A stretch of DNA of 64,000 bases from the NCBI RefSeq assembly GCF_006345805.1, contig NC_043000.1:49910001-49974000 (forward strand), given 5' to 3'. The notes under the pieces were generated by a model, which worked only from the letters and a program-made list of their open reading frames with translations, had not been told where the DNA came from and ran no database searches. The DNA comes from Octopus sinensis (Eukaryota). The position numbers and the translations under genes are program-made. Below, in pieces: positions 41,001 through 54,939 of this stretch. Position 1 is the stretch's first letter, and each line of letters opens with the position of its first letter.

Positions 41001-41439
41001 GCAAATTTTATATATAGATATACACAGAAGCATATATATATATATATGATGTGCTTCTTTCAGTGTCCACTCACAAGGCTTTGGTCAGCCTGAGGCTATA
41101 GTAGAAGACACTTGTTCAAGGTGCCACACAGTGGGAGTGAACCTGGAACTATGTAGTTGGGAAGCAAGTGTCTTACCACACAGCCATGCCTGTGCCTATA
41201 GATATACTTTTGGTTTATTTTCTTTGTTTTTATTATAAATATTTTTTATTTTAAAATTTATCTGGTGCCCCTTGAATTAAAACTCAATAATGTAATTGCC
41301 AAGGTGTGAGTAGGCATGAAATGAAATAAATAAAATTGAGATATGATGACATTTTGTGAGTCTAAACTATAATCTTTGAGATTATCGAAAGCAAATTTTA
41401 TTTTGATTTAATTACACATTATTCACAATGGTAATGATG

Positions 41440-42450
41440 ACAACAACAACAACAACAGCAACAACAACAACAATCACCGCCACCTTTTGACAATGATGTT
41501 GATGATAATGATTATGATGAATATGATAATGATGATATTCATAAACCACTTCAACTACAGCTGATACACTTTCATTATCAGTACCTCAATCTTCACTCGG
41601 TTTCTTCCTATTCTTCTAATCATTGTTATCATCATTATCACCATTCACATCATCATTGCCACTGGCACCACGGCAACTACCACCACTACCACCACCACCA
41701 CCACCACCACCATCATCATCATCACCACTATCTTCATAATCAACCTTACCACCACTACCACCATCATCACCATCACCAGACATGCCTCCTAGTACTATTG
41801 CCTTAACTTTACAAGGAAATATTTTTTATATCATCATCATCATTCACATCACCACCAGTGCTCTCGCCACCACCACTTACACAAACATCACCATCATCAC
41901 CATCATCATCCCCTCATCATCCACAATCATCACCATCTTCATCCTCTGCACCACCACTACCACCACGACCATCATCATCATTATTATCACATACACCACT
42001 TAGTACTATCACCTTAACTATACAACGAAATAATTCATTTCTCATCATCATCATCATCACCACTACATCCACTACCATCGAAATAGCAATTACTACTACA
42101 ACATCTGCTGCAGTTACTAATCATTATAATAACACTAGTACCACAACCACCAAGTAATACAACCATCTCTCCATCGATGCCTCGCTCCAACACAGCCAAG
42201 ACTAATACCATCAGCATTAATAAATTTCCATTATAATTGTGTAAACCGTATCTTTGAGCTTATCGTAACTAGAATCACCACCACATACCTCTATCAACAT
42301 CACTATAAACACCAGCATCATCGTCTCTACTATAACAACAACAAGTACAAACACCATCAATTTTTCGTAGGTATCTTTCAGCATATCACTAGCACTGAAA
42401 TACCACAGATAATTCCAACAATTAATTTTATCATAGTTGACAATCTACTG
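41440..42450. repeat. Degenerate trinucleotide low-complexity tract (CAT/CAC/ACT/CAA)
   Basis: Direct reading. It generates the spurious T/I/H/S-rich ORFs. Confidence 0.85.
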
Positions 42451-42899
42451 AAAAACCAACAGCTGCTTCATATAAATAAATATTATACACTGTTTATTAC
42501 ATATACATTGCATACAAACAGGAGAAAAGCCATATCTCAATGTGTTATATAGTCACAAGCAAAGCATTTTGTCAAAATATGTGTGTATTCGTATATGTAT
42601 GAATATATATGTGTGTGTGTGTGTGTGTGTGTATTTATGCACATATCATCATTATAACGTTCTTTTCTGTGCTTGCATGTAACACTTGGATTTGTCAAAA
42701 CATTTTCTGCAGCTTGTGTCACAGGAAAGACATACAACACGTGTGTGTGTGTGTGTGAATGATTGTTTTTTTATGTTATAACACAAACAGTTTTTTACAT
42801 TTTTACATTAAACTGAAAGACTACTCAATACTTTGTGTAGAGTACAACTTACCTTCCTTTAACAAGAATAGCTTCGACAACGATTTCAAAAGTGTTTCT

Positions 42900-43340
42900 A
42901 TAGGTGAGAGCTACATCAGCAACTCAAATAGGTGTCAGCTTCATGTCTTGCTATCTGTAGTGCTCCTTTGTCATCTGTGTGAGATTTAACATCCTGAAAT
43001 CAGCTTTTCCCAGCTTTGTTCATGTTCGCTTTTGTCTTCTTGGTTTTCATCCACCTTATCTTCAAGCATGTCTTTACCTATCTGTTACCAGCCAGATGCA
43101 TCAGCTGTATGTCCACATACAGTTGTCTGTCTGTACATTACATTTATTTCTTCTTATACCTAGATTTTCATTCAGCTTTTCTGTAAAACATCACCCATAT
43201 ACATTAACATTACACATCCAGGGTGTGTATGACATGCTTGCTTCATTTTCTTCCAACCTTCATACATTTTCTGCATTGAATGGTCATCTCAAGTCCACCA
43301 CATAGGACCACACTTCACACACAAGCAACATACAACCTAC
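42900..43340 (-). mobile_element. Highly decayed RTE LINE ORF C-terminal fragment
   Basis: Nucleotide similarity to the 3' parts of 44575-45345 and 54940-56020, with many stops. Confidence 0.6.
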
Positions 43341-43504
43341 CCATTTATAGGTAAATGTCAATGAATATGAGACATTTTGGCACAGCTGTTTTGTCACCAC
43401 CTATTTGGCTTTGACTGATATCAGATATTTCAATGTTTCTCTCATTTTTCCTCACTCACTTCTTTCTCTTTCTCTCTTTCTCACACACACACTATTAATA
43501 TATT

Positions 43505-43872
43505 TCTTTTATTCTTTTACTTGTTTCAGTCATTTGACTGTGGCCATGCTGGAGCACCACCTTTTAGTTGAACAAATCAATCCCAGGACTTATTCTTTGT
43601 AAGCCTAGTACTTATTCTATCGATCTCTTTTGGCAAACCACTAAGTTACAGGAATGTAAACACACTAACATCAACTCTCAAGCAACAGCGGAGGAACAAA
43701 CACAGACACACAAATATATACATATATATACGACAGGCTTCTTTCAGTTTCCTTCTATCAAATCCACTCACAAGGCCATAGTAGGAAACATTTGCCCAAA
43801 GTGCCATGCAGGGGACTGAACCTGGAACAATGTTGTTGGGAAGCAAGCTTCTTACCACACAGCCATGCCTGC
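43505..43872 (-). mobile_element. SINE family A
   Basis: Colinear with 7882-8348. Confidence 0.8.
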
Positions 43873-44204
43873 GTATATTTCTGTTTGTGTGTATGTGTGA
43901 GTGTGTTTGATTCCAGTGCTAAAATATACCATCGTCAAAACAGATTCAATGCCTAGTTAGCTTAGCTACATCATTAGCATCCAACCAACCACACCCAGTC
44001 ATCTCACTCAAAATACATATATACATATACACATAGACACATACAAGACAGGCTTCTCTACAGTTTCTTTCAAATAAATCCTAATCACAAGGCATTGGTC
44101 AGCTTGAAACTATGGCAGTACTTGCTCATTGTACTACATAAGAGGATTTCATCCTGGAACCAACAGTGTAGCAAACTTGTTAAGCATACCTTCCATATAT
44201 GAAA

Positions 44205-44520
44205 TTGCATGGCTTAGTGGTTAAAGCATTGGGCTCAGTGTCATGAAGTAGTGAGTTCAATTCCCAGACCATGCTGTGTGTTGTGTTCTTGTGCAAGACA
44301 CTTTATTTCCTGTTGCTCCAGTTCACTCAGCTGTAGAAATGAGTTGTGACATCACTGATACTAAGCTATATCAGCCTTTGCCTTTCCCTTGGGTGAGAGG
44401 AGGCTGGTATAAATGCACAACTGCTAGTCTCCGGTAAACAAATTTGCCCGGACTTGTATCAAAGAGAGAAACTTTCTAGGTGCAATCCCATGGTCATTCA
44501 TGACCAAAGGGGGTCTTTAC
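44205..44520 (+). mobile_element. tRNA-derived SINE (family C-related)
   Basis: GCATGGCTTAGTGGTTAAAGC...GTGAGTTCAATTCCC head, then GTGTTCTTGTGCAAGACACTTTATTTC. Confidence 0.7.
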
Positions 44521-44574
44521 CATATATGTAGATGCAGGTGTGGCTGCATGGTTTAGAACTTGCTTCTCCACCAC

Positions 44575-45345
44575 GTGGTCTGGTTTTCAGTTCAGTTCCA
44601 ATACACATTATGTCGGTCCTTTGTCATCTTGCTTGAAAGGATCAGCGTCCTGAGGTCATTCTTCAGTACTTCATCCTATGTTTTCCTGTGTCTCCCACTT
44701 CCAAGTGTTCCATCTACTTTGAGAGCTCAGCACTTCTTTATGGAGTTGTTAGCATCCATTCACACCACATGACCAAACCATCACTGTCTTATCTCTTGCA
44801 CACAGCAGCTAATTCCTCTTATGCCTAACTTCACTTTCAATACACCAGCACTCTGTTGAACGTATGCTTACATTACACATCCAGCAAAGTATACTAACCT
44901 CATTCTTTGCTAACATACTTTCTATGCATCTTCCTTCACTACTAATTTGGTCCTCTAGGTTGCAGAAATTATCTATTACTTCTAATAAGCCATCAGGGCA
45001 TTTCAGAGAATCAGTTTCCTGAGCCTCTATAGTTTTTATGGATCCTGTGCATCTTCCACAAATGAAAACTGCCTTCTCTGATAACCTTCATATTAATCCA
45101 CTGCACCTCTTGTGTGTCCATAGCTTACACTAAGTACACCATATGGAGTTCTTGACTATACCTTTCCTGCAAATTGAACAGGGCCATCTGCCCGGTAGAG
45201 TTTTGTCAGTTAGCTTACTTAATAGGACCTTAGTGTTTGCTAAGTTAATGTTAAGACACTTAAATTCCAGGTTTTGATTCAACACCTGGAATTTATCTTC
45301 TCGCTCTGATATGAAATCTGCTATGAGGCAAGATCATCAGAATAA
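44575..45345 (-). mobile_element. Decayed RTE LINE reverse-transcriptase 3' fragment
   Basis: YSDD at 45333-45344 followed by ...NTKVLL...WPCSICRKG...CKLWTHKRCSG, with stops and frameshifts. Confidence 0.8.
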
Positions 45346-45432
45346 GAGTAGAAGAACATCGCCCCGCTCAAAATAAGAGTAGAGGAACATTGCAAAGCTG
45401 TGACATGAGGAGATATTGATTCCAGGCAGTGA

Positions 45433-45471
<39 letters not shown>

Positions 45472-45494
45472 AAATAATGATGATAATAATAATA

Positions 45495-45650
45495 ATAACA
45501 TCGAAAAATACCTTGGGAATGAGAACCCAGGTTCGAAATTTTCCCAAGACACCTGATGAAGGCTGGAGGGTATATCAGCTGCAACATTGTGTTAACAACA
45601 AACAGGATCAGGACAAATATTCGTCAAATGTAAATAATGTAAATAATGTA
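45495..45650 (+). mobile_element. PLE pseudo-LTR-like fragment with degenerate hammerhead (family H3)
   Basis: GACAC-CTGATGA-A-GGCTG/loop/CAGCT-GCAACATT-GTGTT at 45548-45593, following an (AAT)n tract. Confidence 0.6.
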
Positions 45651-46779
45651 TTTAATTGCCTCATCTACCATACTGTATTATGTGGGTGTGTGTAAATGTG
45701 CGTACCCTTGCCTTGACATCATGTGATAGTTGTAAATGAGCACCACTGTCACATAAGTGGCATCGTTCATTTTCAATCTTTCCTGATATCCCTGAAAAGC
45801 AAGCTTGGTCGAAGTGAAATATTACCTTGCTTGAAAACAGATCAGGGTTGGCAAAAAGAAGGGAATAGAAAATCTCTCTCTCTGAACAAATTCCATCTGA
45901 TCCATTCAAGCTCAAAAAATGATGATGGTGATATATATGGGGAGTTATCTGCATTTGTTTCATAGCATATCAGATATGTTATCTAATAATCATCCCATTA
46001 TAACATTATAAATAATAACCTAAAGCATCTAACCAGCAAACAAAGCTCTAATTTTTTACATGTATCATGGAGAGTAAGATCTATCAAAGCCCACCATTCT
46101 CCAGGCTACAGGAAAAAAAAATCCTTAAAAACACAGAAGAACTGAAACAACATGTACCTACTGGATTTAAAACCTCTCCAGGAATTTAATATCTCTGAAA
46201 AATATGTGTGAATGCACACACATATACACAGAGTTAAGGTGGTGCTGAAGAATTTATATGTATACATGTATAATACATTTAATAATAATAATATATATTA
46301 TAGTTTTATGTTCTTTTTCCTTAACATTGAGCATGGTCCATATTCTGGTTGCTGAAATATGTAGGTTTATATAATATGAGAAATTACTATGTTCTTGATA
46401 TTCATAAAATTATCTTCAAAACATGGAACATTACTTCAGTTTCTTATGGATTCAGAATAATATAAACTATACAAACCAATGATAGCAGCCAGAATATTTG
46501 AATAAATCATCATTAATTCTTTAAAATGCCTCGATATTGGCTGGATAGATGTTAAATATGATTATAACATGGAACTTTCCTTCAAATTCTTTGAAAATTT
46601 TTCAAATTCTTACTGATTTCCAATAATAAGATATCTAATGACTTACAGAAACATGAACACTTGAATATTATGTCATTATATCTATTTTCATCTTACTGAT
46701 GACATGCCTAATTCTAAAGAAACTTTTTATTGTTTAGGATGCTATTTGTATTTTAACATCTATCTACTTAAATAGTGGA

Positions 46780-47212
<433 letters not shown>

Positions 47213-49424
47213 TCATCATCATCATCATCATTTAATATCCATTTTGTTTGACTGGAGCTAGCAAGCCAGAAGGCTGCGCCTAGCTCTGCTGTTAGCTTTT
47301 GTATGGTTCCTAACATCAACAACTTTCTTGTTGTAGAGGAACTATATGGTTACCTTGTTCAGAATGAGAGAAAGGGGAGGGAAAAGAAACAGGGGGAGTG
47401 AGAGAGATGGTGCTAAAGTTATACCAGGGCATACTCTCAACCTGCAAGGAGTTGAATGTAAGTGGAGTGGTACAGATGATTGGATAAGGTAATAGAGTAG
47501 GAAATTCACAAGAGTGGTGGAAGAGAGGAGTAGAAGAGGGAAAGAGAAGGAAATGCAATGAGTGATGAACACAAGTATATAGGGAATTGACAAGATAGCA
47601 ATGATACAGTTGGTAGAGGTGAGGGAAGGAAAGAGAGATGACAAAGTGACATTGGTCTAAAGGAGAAAGGAGTGGGGAAAAGAGATAGATAGAGAGAGAA
47701 AAGTGTAGTGCATGATGAGATGTAGTTTGGTTCAGTGGAGGGAAATGGAATAATGTAATGTGTGGGTGTGGAGGACATAATACACAGCACTTCCAGAACT
47801 CACTTTCACTGAGGTGGATGGGTCTTCTTAGGAACTTAAGATGACATTTCGTTTTTTATATATCTTCAGACATTTCATTTTTATATATCTTCTGTGATAT
47901 TCAATATCTTAAGATTAGTCTTCACTGCTTCCAGAACTCATTTTTGCTGAGTAGATCGATTTGTTAAAGAACTTCATATCATCACATACCTTGGTGCACT
48001 GTCATCTCGTCTATGAGGCTCAACATCTAGCAATTGACCCTCAGTATTTCATCCCATGTCTTCCTGGATCTCCCTATTTCACAGGTTCAATCCAGTTTAA
48101 GCAATGCTACCATAGGTAGCATCAAGAAACAATGGCACAAGGACAATAATTATAATTTAACTCTTGTGAAGTTTTTTGGCACCTATAAAAAAAACATTGA
48201 AACTAATACCAATTTTCAAAAGAAAAATATTTATTGGCTTAAAATAAAATAAAATTAACCAATTTCTCATTTGTATAACTCTTCCCACCACTCATGTGTA
48301 CCACTGACTATTCCTCCACGCTTGTTCATCATACACCACATTCACCCTAACTTCCATCTCTCAGTTGTTTCTCTCATTCTCTTCTATTCATGAGGATTTT
48401 CTCTGACACCTTTCTACCACCATCTTTATCTCTCTTTCTAGCTGCATGCCAATTATTCTCACCCAACATTATCTAATGCAGAGCTGCGACAAACTTGTTT
48501 ATATCCCTTCTATCATACTTCAACCCCTCTCTCAATACCTAGCACAAGGCCTTTTTTTTCATCTATACTTCCACTCAGTAAAGAAGGCCTTTTCCTGTTG
48601 TGAGTTACATAGTAACATCATTAGTGTTGGCACCATGGAAAAAAGAACCCAGTACACTATATGGCTTTAGGAAAGGCATAGGCATGGTTTTATAGTTAAG
48701 AAGTGTGTGACACATTGGTTAAGAGCTTTCTACTTTAGCATCAGGCCAATCAAAGCCTTGTGAGTGGATTTGGTAAATGAAAGCTGAAATCGGCCCAACA
48801 TATGAGTGTGTGTGTGTTTGGTTGTGTCACGTTGTCTTGACCTTGCATGATTGTTGTAAAAGAGCATCATTGTCACACATGTAGCGCCATCTATTTCTAA
48901 TCTTAGAAACTTTACCTTTCTTGAAAACAGACAATGGCTATCAACAGGAAAATCTGTCCCTTTGAATCCCATCTAACCCATGCAACCATTGAAAAGTAGA
49001 CATTAAAACTATAACGATGATGTGTTGTATATATACACATGTATATCTTAGTATAAAAATCTGTGTTGATTGAGTCTTCAAGTTTCACCTGATGGCCTTT
49101 TCAGCCTGGTTGGATAAGGCAAAAACTTAATGTCCAAGTGAGTCAACCCACATTTTATAATAAATTTAGCTCTCAATATTGTGGTCCTCTCATCAGAAAA
49201 TGTTCCTGTTGTCAGTCTTGAACACCTTTAATACAGCGTATGTCCATGTGTGTATATATAAATACTGGGACACTTAAGCAACATTTAGCTACCTTGTAAT
49301 TATTCCCCTGGATTTTTCTTTTATACATATGTATATATACATATATGTGTGTGTGTGTGTATTTGTATGTGTATGTGTGTCAGAGAGACAGAGAGACAGA
49401 CAGAGCATATGTGTGCATATATAT

Positions 49425-49770
49425 AAAACAGTTGCAGCATGGAAGATGTTTATAAGCCTTTTAAGAACTCACAAAAAGACCATTAGATTCACTTCAACAT
49501 TTAAATTTAATTTGTGTCAAAATATTTTCATCGCTTTGAAACTGTGACACGTTCACTGACAAAGCTTCATGCAGCACAAAGTTTTGTCAGTGAACAGGTT
49601 ACGGTTCCCAAAGAGATGAAAATATTTTGACACAAATTAAATTTAAATGTTGAAGTGAATCTAACGGTTTTTGTGAGTTCTTAAATGGCTTATAAGCATC
49701 TTTCATGTTGCAATTGTTTTTGTTTCAGCATACGATCTCAGATCAAGTCACTTGCTATGCAAGTACATCT
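49425..49770 (+). mobile_element. Fold-back element, PLE pseudo-LTR-like (family H4)
   Basis: About 140-bp diverged inverted arms spanning 49425-49720, with TA-rich tracts nearby on both sides. Each arm has a hammerhead-like motif. Confidence 0.65.
49585..49632 (+). ncRNA. Hammerhead-like motif with G3/C8-swapped core (GUGAACA) and decayed stem II
   Basis: TGTCA-GTGAACA-G-GTTAC/loop/GAGAT-GAA-AATATT-T-TGACA gives a 5-bp stem I and a self-complementary AATATT stem III. Confidence 0.45.
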
Positions 49771-49783
49771 CTCTCTCTCTATT

Positions 49784-49847
<64 letters not shown>

Positions 49848-50899
49848 TTGAATTAAATCAGTTTGAATGGTAGAACTTAAAGTAGATAAAGTTATAAATA
49901 CTATCAGTCTCAAAATTTGACAAAAGGTCAGTAGCTTTCCAGTGTTCAGTTTGTGCTTATTTCATCGACCCTAAAAGAATGAAAAGCAAAGTCAACCCTG
50001 GTTGCATTTGAACTCAGAACATAAAGCCACATGAAATGCTAAACATTTTTCACTGCATGCTAACAGTACTGCCAGCTCACTGCCTTAGAGCTATAAATAT
50101 CAGTACACTTTCTGTGTAGTGTTGGATCAGATCCAAAGTTGGATCCAAAATATCAGCTAAGTCATATTGCACATAAAATGCTATTTAGGTATTATTTGTG
50201 AGTTTACTGCGTTTGTTTTTCTTTTTAAATTTCCTACATAAATACTCACATGTAGTCTAAAGTTTGAACCCAAGAAACCATGTTTAAAAGCCTTATATCT
50301 TAACCACTCAGCTGTTCTACATTAAAACTCTAATTCCTCCCTTGCTCTGTTTTGTTTTTACTTTATTTCCATTTCTCTCTCTTCTCCCTCTCTCCCCCTC
50401 TTTCCCTTTGTCTCTCCTCACTTTCTTCTTCTCATTAAGATAGCTTGTAATGGTAATAAGAGCTGATGATTATTTTAAAGATAATATTTACAAACCCAGT
50501 AATTCGGAAATTACATAATTTGATAAATTTTGACTGGTTTTCTTAATAACGCTTTTTTTTTTCAAATATTACTTTTTTTCTTTTCTTAGTTCTTATCAAA
50601 TTGAGCAAACAATGGCATTATTGATGGAGATATTGCAAATATTGACATTGTTTAACTAGGAACAATAGGAATTCTTTTAAAAGAGAGCTATAGGCAATTG
50701 AATTGTCACAACCAACCATTCACCACATTTTGTACTAATATTTAATGATATGGTTTTAGAGATATGTTGAAGTAAAATTGAGTTGGGCTCAGTCAGAATT
50801 TAAAATGAGTACAAAGAAACACTGAGCAAAATATTATGAAATTTGTAATTTGTAGTTGTTTTTTCCACCAGCAACAAAATGTAGGCCAGAGAGAAAGCC

Positions 50900-51055
50900 T
50901 TTACATGATCATTGACTTTCTAAACAAGCAGACAAATACCTCGATATCCTCCAAATCACACCCTAATAACTTAAAACAAGTGAAAGGCATGATGGATAAT
51001 GTAATCCAAAGAATCGCTAAAAACATGACAGGGTCAATGCTAAAATGCCTTTTGA
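50900..51055 (+). repeat. Diverged copy of an unclassified interspersed repeat (AGCAGCCAAATCTCC/CAAATCACAC family)
   Basis: Similar segments occur near 9150, 14200, 16460, 17790, 20250 and 56470. Confidence 0.6.
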
Positions 51056-51103
51056 TCATTCTTCCAGACCCAGGAAAACCTGAAAGAAGTCCACTGTGTG
51101 TGA

Positions 51104-51137
<34 letters not shown>

Positions 51138-51694
51138 GTGTGTGTGTATGCGTGCGTGTGTGTGGTGTGTGTGTGTGTGTGTGTGTGTGTGTTCATTCTG
51201 TTTTTAATTATTTGAATTCTTTCTCTGAGAAAGATGCTAGTTTCTAACAAAGATACAAAACTCCACTGTTGGAATGCAGATAACAAAAATGAAGTCACAT
51301 TTTAAACTGGAGAAAGTCTTGCATATTTTTGCTGTTCCACTTACAGATTGTATTTACAATGTGTGAGTTAGTGGGCAGATTTCTTTTTCTGAAAACCCTA
51401 GCTTATCCAGATTACCACTTAGGCATTTGCTCACAAAACCAAGTGCACCAATTATTGTTATTAGTATAAATGTGAATTTATAATCTGGATATAGAAGCTG
51501 GAAGTTTCGAAGCAGTTGTCCATAGTTATATCCTCTTTCTCTTTGATTTTCAAAGAGATATCCTTATCAACTGGACAGCTTACCTCTATGATGGTACATA
51601 ACTTTCCTTGTGTATATGTGCGCACATGAGCATGCATGCGTGCGTGTGTTTGTGTGTGTTACTGCCTCCTTGAAATGACATTGCTTGATATTCT

Positions 51695-52088
51695 CTTTAA
51701 CTCTTTTACTTGTTTCAGTTATTTGACTGCGGCCATGCTGTAACACCGCCTTTAGTCAAGCAAATCAACCCCAGGATTTATTCTTTGTAAGCCTAGTACT
51801 TATTCTATTGGTCTCTTTTGCTGAACCGCTAAGTTATAGGGACATAAACACACCAGCATCGGTTGTCAAGCAATGTTGGGGGGACAAATATAGACACACA
51901 AACACACACACACACACATATATACATAAATACGATAGGCTTTTCCGTCTACCAAATCTACTCACAAGGCTTTGGTTGGCCCAAGGCTATAGTAGAAGAC
52001 ATTTGCGCAAGGTGCCATGCAGTGGGACTGAACCTGAAACCATGTGGTTTGTAAGCAAGCTACTTACCACACAGTCACTCCTGCGCCT
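51695..52088 (-). mobile_element. SINE family A
   Basis: Colinear with 7882-8348. Confidence 0.85.
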
Positions 52089-52919
52089 ATAGTTGTAAAC
52101 AAATGTCACCATCATGCAGGCGGTGTCCTTCACTTCCAATACTCTGCAGAAAGGTGTCTAGTCATGGGGAAATATTACCTTTGTTTGAAAATGAGTGAAG
52201 TTAGGGCATTCGGCCATAGAAAATCTGCTGCAAAAAAATTCCATTCGACCCATGTAGGTATGGAAAAGTGAACATTAAGACAACAATGATGATGATGATG
52301 ATGGCAATGATGGTGGTGATGATACAGCTGAATATTATTTTATAAGCTGTGCTGTTTCATTCATTTTCCTCAGTGTATAAAAAAAACAATATTATAAGAC
52401 AAGATCCTAACTGATGGCAAATATTATTATTTTGAAAAGAGAATTGATAACTTCTTTTAGAAATAATATTTTAAATCCTATTTGGTCATCAATATTTTAT
52501 TATGTAACACTAAGCAATCTTCCTCTCCAAGAACACTTAGTACTGGATTCCTAAATAGCAACTCTTGTTTACCAAAGTTATCTTTTCTATACTCATGCAA
52601 ATATCTTCTATAGAATTACCCTCAGTACATATTCAGTAACACTTAAACACTCCTCAAATCAATAAACTACACTTTGTTTTAGTCATTCAACCCACTCTGA
52701 TGTGTGTATGTGTGTGTGTGTGCGTGCGTACAAGCATATATATATGTATACACACATACATGCACACACACACAGACATACACACAGACATGTAGTCCAG
52801 CATGTATACATATATATATATATAAATATATATACATACACATATAATCACTCAAATATACACATATACATATACGCATATATATGCATGCATGCACTCA
52901 GTTATATATTTACATGTAT

Positions 52920-52965
<46 letters not shown>

Positions 52966-53088
52966 TATATATATGCACATACACACATATATATATGCAA
53001 ACATGTATACATACATATATACATACATATATATATATCTATATACACATACATATGCATACACATATAATCACACATATACACCCCC

Positions 53089-53143
<55 letters not shown>

Positions 53144-54641
53144 ATATATATGATATATATGAATAAATAAATAAATATATATATATATATATATATGATA
53201 TATATGATATATATATGATATATATGATATATATATGATATATCTATAAATATATGTGTGTGTGTGTGTGTTACAAAGTATTCCAAGGGGCTGTTATTTT
53301 CTTCCCTTAACAAATAATTTTAAAGTTCCAAATACCTTCTTCACTCTAAAAATACTGATCAACATATGAAAAGCCAATTTTGTTCAGCTTCAATGCACCA
53401 AGTTTTCACATAAGTCCAATATTCTATTATTTCACTTTTCTTCAAAGAAATTTTACATTAAAAATAAACAGATCTATAAGCTATTTATATTTTATTCCAT
53501 TATTATTTTTTACTGAATTTCCCTTTTAAATTTAAAAAAAAAATCACAACAGAAGATAAAAATAAATATATTGTTATATTATGGAAAGCTGGGTTGAAAT
53601 GCATCTTATTTTTTGTTTTTAATTTTTTATCATCCATGTAAAATATTAAAATCTATAAATAAAAGTGAATAAAATACTTTTAAATAAGTATTAACTCAGA
53701 AATCTTTTTTTTTTTTTCAAATGACTTCAACAAATGTATATTGAGTTAGTGTTGTCCTCAACCCCCGATCATCCCAATTTCTCTATCAATTTTCTGCTTT
53801 CCAATCATGATGAATGATTTCATATATATTTATTTTAAAAGTTTAAATTAGTCACTGATTGATTGATTATCTATTTGCATGTGTATGCATGTATTTGTTG
53901 ATACATATGTATGTACGTGTGTGTGTGTGTGTGTGTGAGTGAATGTCTGTGCAAGTGTTTGGATGCATATATGTTCAAGACTGTGTAAGTGATAGAAGAA
54001 AATCAGAAAAAGCAAGCAAGAAAGAAAGAAAGGAAGAAAGAAAGAAAGGAAAAATAATATGGCAATAATGTAAAAAAGTTGAAAAATAAAATTTAGTTTC
54101 CAAAATAAAATCCAATGAGAAAATGTTTTAAAAATCTTCTCTCATGTTCAGTGCACAAAAAATTTTGCTTCCATTTTTTTCATCTAGTTTATTCTATGCT
54201 TACCAATAATTGCATCAGGCTGCTTGAAATAATAGGACCATTTAAGCAGAAATCATAGCATTTAACTCAAGGCTATTCTCACCTCTAAAGTATAGATTAT
54301 ATTTTACTTCGTATTGTTTTTTCTTTCCCTTCGCAAAGTGTTGGTAGGATTTTACACTCATGTGTTTTTGAGGCTTCTAGACAATGAGAACTGTGCTGAA
54401 AAGGCCATAAATCACAGAGATTTTACACTGATCAGCATGTTTATGATTGTAACTACTGACACAAGATGACTATCAGTAGAAGCAATATTAATGTTAGCAC
54501 AAACTCTTTGAGGTGGAAAATCCTGGATAAGACACAAAAATAAAGGAGGAAAAAATATATATATGTGTGTGAGTGTAAAATTTATAGTCATAAAAGCATT
54601 TATTTACATACATGTATATACATATATATACATATACAAAG

Positions 54642-54691
<50 letters not shown>

Positions 54692-54939
54692 ATGTGTGTA
54701 TATGTGTGTGTGTATATATATATATTTACACACGCACACACATATGATGCACAGACATAAAAGACACATAACTAAATATATACACACATACACAGCCACC
54801 CACATATACCTACAGTATACATATGTGTGTGTGTGTTTGTTTCTGAGTTAAGGCTTACTAGAGTAGTGACTCCTTAAGTTAATGGATAACTTAAAACCTA
54901 AGACATTTGGTAAATAGAGCTCTATGAAATAGGTACAGT

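Noticed and set aside
41782-42217. Mucin-like or His/Thr-rich ORFs
   Set aside because: They arise from a degenerate trinucleotide repeat.
50836-51207. 123-aa ORF that looked like a coding exon (QNVGQRESLYMIIDFLNKQ...)
   Set aside because: The DNA matches the interspersed CAAATCACAC repeat family seen many times in this window and ends in (GT)n.
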